A DNA stretch of 64,000 bases from a virus (lineage: Duplodnaviria; Caudoviricetes), in IMG/VR virus record IMGVR_UViG_3300025016_000004. The stretch is one strand, 5' to 3'. Shown in pieces: positions 26,652 through 33,957 of this stretch; the first letter of the stretch is position 1, and each line of letters starts with the position of its first letter. The notes under the pieces are model-generated. The model did no database searches. It worked only from the letters and a program-made list of their open reading frames with translations, and was not told the DNA's origin. A program made the translations under genes and the position numbers.

Positions 26652-27109
26652 TAATTATATTTTTCAATCTCCGATACAATTTTTTCGTAAACATCATCTT
26701 GAAGATTATTGTGTAACGTATCCCATTCACGTTTAAGTGTTTTAATTTCAGATATTACCTCAATAACTTTATCAGCGGCATCATATGCTTCACTAACTTT
26801 ATCCCCATTTTCAACATCGCTAAATCTAAACCTCTTTAATGTGTTGACGTATTTATTGAATTCTTTCTTGATAAAGGTTTGTAAATCCTCATAATCATCC
26901 TTTTCTTCAACCCATTTTCTAGGTTCATTTTCTGAATCCCATAGAATTTCATTACCAAATTTAATCCAACAATAATAACCACTGGTTTCGTAAGTAAAAC
27001 GAGACATCATTTTAAAATTAGATTTAATGTGGAACACACCAGCACTATAATTATCAATTTCTTCGTTTAAGTTGTTTAAAATATCGTTAATATTATTTAT
27101 ATTTATCAT
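26651..27109 (-). CDS. hypothetical protein
   Basis: 152 aa, translationally coupled. Confidence 0.65.
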   Translation of the reverse strand: MININNINDILNNLNEEIDNYSAGVFHIKSNFKMMSRFTYETSGYYCWIKFGNEILWDSENEPRKWVEEKDDYEDLQTFIKKEFNKYVNTLKRFRFSDVENGDKVSEAYDAADKVIEVISEIKTLKREWDTLHNNLQDDVYEKIVSEIEKYN

Positions 27110-27110
27110 A

Positions 27111-27365
27111 TTATTCTAAATTAGTTATAAATTGTTTTAATTTATCAGCTTCAATAATACTTAATTTTTTTGAAGCCGAAATTGCATTTATCATTAATTT
27201 TTCATCATAATTTAGTAGTTCTTTAAAAAACTCAGTTTTTACGGTTTGGCTATATTTATTAAGCCTACTCATCATTTCACGCATTAAACCTTCATCACTA
27301 ACTTCACTAATGTATTCATCGATATAAACATTAGCTGTACATTGAATTTCGATTTCTTTACTCAT
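27111..27365 (-). CDS. hypothetical protein
   Basis: 84 aa. Confidence 0.6.
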   Translation of the reverse strand: MSKEIEIQCTANVYIDEYISEVSDEGLMREMMSRLNKYSQTVKTEFFKELLNYDEKLMINAISASKKLSIIEADKLKQFITNLE

Positions 27366-27366
27366 T

Positions 27367-27693
27367 TTAATCTTCTATTAACACCAAATTATAATCTTTG
27401 GCAACTTTAGTTAATATTATTTTTAATTTATCAATAACATTATCTATTTGAGTGCCATCATTTTTACTAGTCATGAAGTACCGTTCCCATAACCAACCTC
27501 TTAATTCACTCAAGTTATCAAAATCATGAATTATTTTATTTTTTTTCTTTAAATTATCTAATAAAAGATAAGAATAGCTTGGAATATCAATGCTTGATGA
27601 TAATTCAACAAAGGAATAACCATTTTCAGTCTTAACCCACACTTCTAAATCCAATAAATTATCTCCTTTTTCATTTCTAAGATATAGCGTCAT
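27367..27693 (-). CDS. hypothetical protein
   Basis: 108 aa. Confidence 0.6.
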   Translation of the reverse strand: MTLYLRNEKGDNLLDLEVWVKTENGYSFVELSSSIDIPSYSYLLLDNLKKKNKIIHDFDNLSELRGWLWERYFMTSKNDGTQIDNVIDKLKIILTKVAKDYNLVLIED

Positions 27694-28130
27694 TCTTCAT
27701 TAAAATTTTCTTGATGTCTCATAAAATTCAACAACAATTTAGTTATATTTTCATTGCCAGAAGGGTTAGCACTATGCACAGTCCATTGTGGTAACGTTTT
27801 TTTATAATCTAAGCAATAGTCAATAAGCATTTTGGCACAATCCATACCAGTTTTTTCTTTAAACTGCTGTTCACTAGCCCAAACATGATAATCATTATAT
27901 CTATCTTCGGGTGTATAATGTTCATCTGCCAAATCATGGTCAAAAGATATTCTATCTGGAAGCCCATGATTATAAATCCATAGTTCAAATTCATTATATG
28001 ATTTCACCCATATGATTTCACCCTCATTTAAATAATCAGGTGCATATTTTTGAATCCAAATGTTATTAGCGAATGGGTCTCTAATATCATCCAGCCACAT
28101 CAGAACTCTTTTTTTCATTTTCTCTTCCAT
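27690..28130 (-). CDS. cyclic-phosphate-processing receiver-like domain protein
   Basis: MWLDDIRDP, WVKSY.EF, ISFDHDL, KTGMDCAK, VHSANPSG. Confidence 0.7.
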   Translation of the reverse strand: MEEKMKKRVLMWLDDIRDPFANNIWIQKYAPDYLNEGEIIWVKSYNEFELWIYNHGLPDRISFDHDLADEHYTPEDRYNDYHVWASEQQFKEKTGMDCAKMLIDYCLDYKKTLPQWTVHSANPSGNENITKLLLNFMRHQENFNEE

Positions 28131-28192
28131 GTTTTTTTTATAAATAGGTCTTTAAAATATTAAAAATTCGCTAACAAACACCAATGAAATTT

Positions 28193-28405
28193 TTACTCAT
28201 TATCTACAATCCAACGATTTAATAATTTACCATCCATAATTGGGAAAAAATCAGCATCACCCATATCATCAATTGGTACTTCAAAATAAACAACATACCC
28301 ATTATTAATTGATGTTTCGTAATATGCCACACCTTTTCTAATCATTAATAATGAAGCTTCAGGTTTTTCCTTATATAAAGCTTTTTTAATTTCTATATTT
28401 GTCAT
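28193..28405 (-). CDS. hypothetical protein
   Basis: 70 aa. Confidence 0.6.
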   Translation of the reverse strand: MTNIEIKKALYKEKPEASLLMIRKGVAYYETSINNGYVVYFEVPIDDMGDADFFPIMDGKLLNRWIVDNE

Positions 28406-28406
28406 T

Positions 28407-28919
28407 TTATTTAATTGGTTTTAAAAACATCATTATTTTATTTTTACCTTCCATTTTTGGCAACGATTCAGGTGTGCCTATTCCTAATTCAGCGATATCT
28501 ACTGATATTTTCAAGAGCAATTCTTGACCTTTATCTTTAAAGATATGCTCACGGCCCTTGAAGAATACGAATATTTTAACTTTATGCCCTTTATTTAAAA
28601 ATTTAACAATGTTACCAAATTTAGTTGCCAAATCATTTTCATCAGTGTTAGGCCTGAGCCTTATCGCTTTTAATTTTGGTGTTTTTTGTGGTTTAACAAT
28701 TTTATCTTTTTTAAAGACAAATTTGTTATAATCCATTAACTTACAGACTGGAGTCTCTTTACCTTCGTCTACCATCACTAAATCTAGGTTCAAATCATCA
28801 GCTAAATTCATAGCTTCTTTAATTCCATAGATACCCCTTTCAACATTATTACCAACCAACATTACTTTAGGATGCCTAATTTGGTTATTGGTTTTGTGTT
28901 GTTCTTTTTGCTTTTTCAC
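28407..28919 (-). CDS. infC: translation initiation factor IF-3 homolog
   Basis: NNQIRHPKV.LVG, EA..LA....LDLV, PVCKLMDYNKF, IRLRP.T.END, FL.KG.KVK...FKGRE, P.MEG....M.L.P; GTG start. Confidence 0.85.
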   Translation of the reverse strand: MKKQKEQHKTNNQIRHPKVMLVGNNVERGIYGIKEAMNLADDLNLDLVMVDEGKETPVCKLMDYNKFVFKKDKIVKPQKTPKLKAIRLRPNTDENDLATKFGNIVKFLNKGHKVKIFVFFKGREHIFKDKGQELLLKISVDIAELGIGTPESLPKMEGKNKIMMFLKPIK

Positions 28920-29038
28920 TAATTTTTAGTCTTGATTTCTTTGCCATCTTTATAAGTAGTAATTTTAATATTATTACCTTTGGAATACTTAAGGCTTATT
29001 ACCCAATCTAAAGTTACTTCAATACTACTTTTTGTCAT
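28919..29038 (-). CDS. small ORF (39 aa)
   Basis: Hand translation; stop overlaps infC start. Confidence 0.4.
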   Translation of the reverse strand: MTKSSIEVTLDWVISLKYSKGNNIKITTYKDGKEIKTKN

Positions 29039-29041
29039 GTG

Positions 29042-29203
29042 TTAAAATAAATTAAAAATATTAATACGGTCAATATAAATTCGTTCCGCATAATCACTAT
29101 TACCAGTGTCGGTCCACTTTATCATATAAAGTTTTTGTCTTTCGGTATCATAATACACTTGATTATCTCTATTAGGTATCATTCCTTCTGGTAAGTTTTT
29201 CAT
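29042..29203 (-). CDS. small ORF (53 aa, MKNLPEGMIP...)
   Basis: Hand translation; fills operon gap. Confidence 0.45.
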   Translation of the reverse strand: MKNLPEGMIPNRDNQVYYDTERQKLYMIKWTDTGNSDYAERIYIDRINIFNLF

Positions 29204-29205
29204 AT

Positions 29206-29556
29206 TTAGAATCCTTTATAAGTTTGATTAGAGAATCTAGCTTCTTCAGCAAAGCTTGCTTTATCCAATACATAGTATTCAAACTCTTGTTTGGTTAAAT
29301 CAACATTTTCATTGATTTCCCATTCAAATAGTTTAATAATTTCCTCATATTTGTGAGCGTTATTAACAGGTTTAATTAAATGTAATGAAATGTTAAAATC
29401 ACCTGAATCAATTTTATCTTTCAATTCAACTAATTGTTTATTAACTTCTTCGATGTAAGCTTCTACAGCTTCATCATAATCTTTAATATGCGCTTCTTTG
29501 TTAGTTTTAAGAGTTTCAATCAATTTTGTCTTACTAATAGTTACAATTCTACTCAT
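29206..29556 (-). CDS. hypothetical phage protein (helical)
   Basis: 116 aa; L...LKTNKE.H..DY.EA pattern. Confidence 0.7.
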   Translation of the reverse strand: MSRIVTISKTKLIETLKTNKEAHIKDYDEAVEAYIEEVNKQLVELKDKIDSGDFNISLHLIKPVNNAHKYEEIIKLFEWEINENVDLTKQEFEYYVLDKASFAEEARFSNQTYKGF

Positions 29557-29642
29557 GTTCTTTTAAATTTATACGCAATATAACCAAAAAAAAACGATAT
29601 AAACAAGTTATACCGTAATTTTTTTTAAAATATTTCTATAAA

Positions 29643-30350
29643 TTAATGACCTCTATTTAAAATTAGATAGTTTGGAGAGATTCTAGTAAAACCTAGTTTA
29701 TTCCAAAACGCAATCCCTTCTGGTTTTGGTGCTACAATCAATGAATTAATTTCTTTGAATGTGCCCCATAAAGATTTAACTGCTTCGTTGATAATATAAA
29801 TCGTTTCATAATCTTTTTTGAATTTAATACCAACTATTTCTAAGGTTTTTTCAGCATTAGCTGGTTTAACCATAAGAATTCCAGCATTACGGTCATTATA
29901 TTCAACCAATATGCTAATACTTTCAGGGGTTTCATCAGTAATTTTTAATTCTGTTTGTTCCCTAAGCATTCTTTTAATCATTGGTTTTAATGATTCTGTC
30001 ATTTTCTTTTCAGCCTTTTTCAATTCTTCATAATAATCTATGAATTCATAGATATGGTCAGATGCGATTTCCTTAGCAAGTTCTTTACTATCGGTATGCT
30101 CCATTTCTATTTTAACACCTTTAGCTATGGCTTTTTTAATTACATCTACGGTAGTATTATGCTTTTTCGCAATATCTTCAATAGATTTTTTATCAGCTAA
30201 ACCGCCTTTGATTTTATCAGACTCATTGACATTTGCGTGTAGTGCCGCTAAATATTTTTTAATATCGCCTTTAGTGCAACCAACTTTTGTACCACCATCT
30301 TTTTTATAAACGCAATATTCATTACCAACTTTTTTATATGTATATGGCAT
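29643..30350 (-). CDS. DUF5661-like protein with GNAT-like C-terminus
   Basis: KGVKIEMEHT...AKEIASDH..E..DYY..L; C-terminal AFWNKLGF. Confidence 0.6.
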   Translation of the reverse strand: MPYTYKKVGNEYCVYKKDGGTKVGCTKGDIKKYLAALHANVNESDKIKGGLADKKSIEDIAKKHNTTVDVIKKAIAKGVKIEMEHTDSKELAKEIASDHIYEFIDYYEELKKAEKKMTESLKPMIKRMLREQTELKITDETPESISILVEYNDRNAGILMVKPANAEKTLEIVGIKFKKDYETIYIINEAVKSLWGTFKEINSLIVAPKPEGIAFWNKLGFTRISPNYLILNRGH

Positions 30351-30390
30351 AATACTTTTTATTATAAATATGTTATTAATGTATAATAGT

Positions 30391-30540
30391 TATATGACTT
30401 GGGTCAAACACCATTCTTACGGTTGATTTAATTGAACCACCCTCATAGGAATCCAATACCCCTATAACATCAATATAATCAAAACCAAACCATTCACCTA
30501 ATACGGCAACAACATCTGTTTTAAGGCCAGAATCAGTTTT
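30391..30540 (-). pseudogene. headless C-terminal gene fragment abutting the TnpB remnant
   Basis: KTDSGLKTDVVAVLGEWFGFDY... with no start codon; truncated at the TnpB junction. Confidence 0.3.
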
Positions 30541-30542
30541 TT

Positions 30543-31030
30543 GAGAAAATTGCAAGTTGTAGATTAGATACCTTACATAAAGTTAGTAGAGAGCTTGTTG
30601 AATCTTACGATTTAATAAGTATCGAAGATTTGAATGTAAAAGGTATGATTAAAAACCACAAACTATCCAAGCATATTGCTGATGCAAGTTGGGGTAATTT
30701 TGTAACACTTCTTCAATACAAATGTGATTGGTATGGTAAAGAACTTGTAAAAGTTAATCGTTTCTATCCATCATCAAAAACGTGTGGGGATTGTGGTTGG
30801 ATAAATGAAAATTTAAAACTTTCAGATAGGGAATGGACTTGTAATTCTTGTGGTGTAATACACGATAGAGATGTTAATGCAAGTATAAATATCTTAAAAG
30901 AAGGTTTAAAAATATATCGGCAGGGACTGTCGATTACAAAGGTGGAGAGTAAATCAGACTTTGGCAACAAAGCACGCTCTATGAAACCAGAAGCCCATCC
31001 CATCGCCTTTGGCGTGGGTGGGTAGTTCAC
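30543..31030 (+). mobile_element. tnpB: 5'-truncated IS200/IS605-family TnpB with intact right end
   Basis: EKIASCR, IEDLNVKGM (RuvC-II), PSSKTCGDCG...WTCNSCG zinc finger, HDRDVNA (RuvC-III); RuvC-I absent; subterminal hairpin 30993-31022 ending GTTCAC. Confidence 0.85.
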
Positions 31031-32244
31031 TCAGTAATTTTGGCCGTTATACCATCTTTTATGGAGTAAGATAATTTTATGGTTCCACCATCTTTAAGCT
31101 CACCATCCATAACAGCATCTGTTATAGGGTCTTCTACATATTTTTGAATCGCTCTTTTTAGTGGCCTAGCACCATATTCTTTATGATAACCTTCTTTGGC
31201 GATAAAATCCATTGCGGATTTATTAATAATTAATTTGTAATTTAATTCGGCTATACGGTCTTTAACTTCTTTAATTTCATTCTTGATGATAACACCAATA
31301 TTTTCTTCACTAAGTGAGTTGAAAATGATTGTTTCATCGATTCTATTTAAGAATTCAGGTTTGAATTTATCTTTTAATGCTTTCTGAATGATACTTTTAG
31401 CCCTATTTTCTTCATCAACAATAGTATTTTTAGTGGCATAACCAATACCACTACCAAATTGTGATAATTCTTTAACCCCAATATTTGAGGTCATGATAAT
31501 CAAACAGTTCTTAAAGTCTACTTTCCTATCATTGCTATCAGTTAAATGACCTTCATCTAATAATTGTAATAATAAATTGAATACATCATCGTGGGCTTTT
31601 TCAATTTCATCAAATAGAATAACTGAATATGGTTTACGTCTAACAGCTTCAGTTAATTTACCACCTTCACCGTAACCGACATAGCCTGGAGGTGCACCAA
31701 TTAATTTAGACATTGAGTGTTTTTCCATGTATTCTGACATATCAACACGAATCATTGAATCTTCGTCACCAAATACGTGTGCAGCTAACACTTTAGATAA
31801 AAAAGTATTATGTGACAAAATACCGTTGGTATAATATCTTCGATTAGACCCTTCTTTAAGTTCAAGGTCATACATAACTTCTTCGTACCCTAAATTAGTC
31901 ACTTCAATGACTTCAGATTCACCTAAAATACCATCTTGTTCAACAAGTATTTTATCACCCATATTTAAATTTTTAACAAAAACTTCCTCCATATCGTCTT
32001 TATAAAATACAATATGGTTATCAGCACATTTAAGTTCTTTTCCATCACTTAATTTAAGATGATATATTTCGTATGGAATTGTTTCATGTAGTGCTTCTAT
32101 ATCAACCCAACCGTTAGGTGTTTCAACTTCATATTCACTTACCTGAGTTGATTTGGTGATTTTCTTCAATGAATTAAATTCATCTTTATCAAATAATAAA
32201 ACATTATTACTAACCCTTTTTTTTATTTCCTCAATTCTATCCAT
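31027..32244 (-). CDS. clpC: ClpC C-terminal half fused to the C-fragment of a split intein
   Basis: 146-aa IntC then TFLSKVLA, RVDMSEYMEKH, IGAPPGYVGY, LFDEIEKAH, KPEFLNRID, YGARPL; own promoter TATATTTG at 32271. Confidence 0.9.
   Translation of the reverse strand: MDRIEEIKKRVSNNVLLFDKDEFNSLKKITKSTQVSEYEVETPNGWVDIEALHETIPYEIYHLKLSDGKELKCADNHIVFYKDDMEEVFVKNLNMGDKILVEQDGILGESEVIEVTNLGYEEVMYDLELKEGSNRRYYTNGILSHNTFLSKVLAAHVFGDEDSMIRVDMSEYMEKHSMSKLIGAPPGYVGYGEGGKLTEAVRRKPYSVILFDEIEKAHDDVFNLLLQLLDEGHLTDSNDRKVDFKNCLIIMTSNIGVKELSQFGSGIGYATKNTIVDEENRAKSIIQKALKDKFKPEFLNRIDETIIFNSLSEENIGVIIKNEIKEVKDRIAELNYKLIINKSAMDFIAKEGYHKEYGARPLKRAIQKYVEDPITDAVMDGELKDGGTIKLSYSIKDGITAKITE
31807..32244 (-). mobile_element. 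split intein C-fragment (146 aa)
   Basis: EVETPNGW, block B KCADNH, block F MYDLEL, block G ILSHN, +1 Thr. Confidence 0.9.
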
Positions 32245-32342
32245 TTATTTTTATTTTTATGTTAATAACGCAAATATATAATTTATTTTTAATTAAACAA
32301 AATTATTTATACTTATTCTTTTAATTTTATTTATTAATTGAG

Positions 32343-32681
32343 TTATATTAATTTAAGCTTCTCTTTTAATTTATTAAATTCTTTTCTACCACTAATCAAT
32401 CTACATATTTTAGGTTTTATTCTAATGGTATCACCCAAATCTTCTGTTTCTATATCCAAATCTAAAATTATGTTAAACAAATCACCTAAATAATCTTTAT
32501 TTATATCAACCCAAGGGTATGGTAACCCATAATTTTTATGACCCCAACAAGATGCTTCAGTACCTATCCCATTATAATTTAAAATGACAACTAATTCTCG
32601 AACACCCTCATCAATCCTCATACCCAACCCATCGGTTATGATTTTCGACTTATCATCAATTTTTTTATATCTTTCATCCAT
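32343..32681 (-). CDS. small protein with IDE.V..LV..LN..G..T..SC.GH motif (Tyw3-like fold, tentative)
   Basis: Motif resemblance only; lies between the clpC halves. Confidence 0.5.
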   Translation of the reverse strand: MDERYKKIDDKSKIITDGLGMRIDEGVRELVVILNYNGIGTEASCWGHKNYGLPYPWVDINKDYLGDLFNIILDLDIETEDLGDTIRIKPKICRLISGRKEFNKLKEKLKLI

Positions 32682-32724
32682 AATTAAAATTTTTTATATT
32701 CACGTACATACAATAAAGATATCT

Positions 32725-33897
32725 TTATTTTTTTAAGAAGTTGACACATTTATTTATTACCTCTTCTTTATTATTTTTATAATCGTATTCACTAACATGT
32801 AATACTTCATAACAGGATTCTAATATCATTTTATCTCTTTTTTCTTCTCTTAATGAATTTTCTGGTGTACTTCTATGGTAATATGTTCCATCAAACTCAA
32901 TAATTCTTCCAGTCGTTTTATCAAAAAAGTCAGGTAATATTACACCGTTTAACAATGATAATCGATATTCATTATTTTTACCACTATCATCTTTAACACC
33001 TTTATCATATGTTGCGAAATAAATTTCATAATTTGGTGGAAATTCTTTGGTTTCCAATATTTCCCAAAATAATTTTTGTGAAACTTTACTAAAATTATTT
33101 CTTTTATAGTTAGTTAACCATTTAATTTGTCTATCGTTAAATCGTTTTAAACCAGCTTCTTCACCGTATTTTTGAATACAAATTTCTAAGCTAAACGTTG
33201 TTTGCCGTTCAATTACTTTAACTTTAGATTGTCTATAATTAAAACCCCTTTCAATCCAATATTCAATATTTGTTGGGGTTAGTCTTTTTTCAAAATTAAC
33301 ATGTTTAGCAGCATTTATTTGGTTTTTACTGACCATATCTTTAGCATCATTTTCAGAAAACCCTTTATTAACCCAAAAATCAATATTTGCTGGTGTTAAA
33401 CAAAGACGTTTTATTTCTTCTTCACTATAACCTTTATGAGCTAACCTTTTTTTAGATTTGCCATGGCGAATTTTAACACATTTAGATGATTTTTGTTGTT
33501 GTTTAGAAATTTCATTAATTGCTTCTTCTTTAGAATAACCTTTATTAACCCAATATTCTCCACATAAACGATTTCTTTGTTTAAGTTCAAGATTTCGTTT
33601 TTCTAATTCATTCAAAGCACTGTCTTTACCCCATCCACGTTCCAAAAAATACTTTAATTCACCCCATTTTTTTGTTTTAAAACCATAGTTTTTGACTAAC
33701 CACCCACGCATCAAAGAATATGAAATAATACCATCATCTTCTTTTAATTTAACCATAAGGTTTTCCATTTCCAATTTTATGCTCTCATTCTCAAAACGTA
33801 TATTTTTATCTAATTTTAAAACGTAATTTTTAAAAGTTTCAAAATCTGGAAAAACTTCATTTACTTCTTTAACTCCTTTACTTGTTTTTATCTTCAT
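32725..33897 (-). CDS. free-standing Vsr-like (EDxHD/DUF559-type) homing endonuclease
   Basis: C-terminal PDF...IIEFDGTYYH...RD...VLHVSE; N-terminal YW..KG(Y/F)S..EA repeats; late-type motif at 33913. Confidence 0.7.
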   Translation of the reverse strand: MKIKTSKGVKEVNEVFPDFETFKNYVLKLDKNIRFENESIKLEMENLMVKLKEDDGIISYSLMRGWLVKNYGFKTKKWGELKYFLERGWGKDSALNELEKRNLELKQRNRLCGEYWVNKGYSKEEAINEISKQQQKSSKCVKIRHGKSKKRLAHKGYSEEEIKRLCLTPANIDFWVNKGFSENDAKDMVSKNQINAAKHVNFEKRLTPTNIEYWIERGFNYRQSKVKVIERQTTFSLEICIQKYGEEAGLKRFNDRQIKWLTNYKRNNFSKVSQKLFWEILETKEFPPNYEIYFATYDKGVKDDSGKNNEYRLSLLNGVILPDFFDKTTGRIIEFDGTYYHRSTPENSLREEKRDKMILESCYEVLHVSEYDYKNNKEEVINKCVNFLKK

Positions 33898-33957
33898 GAT
33901 ATCTATTTTATAATAAATATCATGAAGTTTTAAAAAGTTCGGATTAATTGGTGTTGG

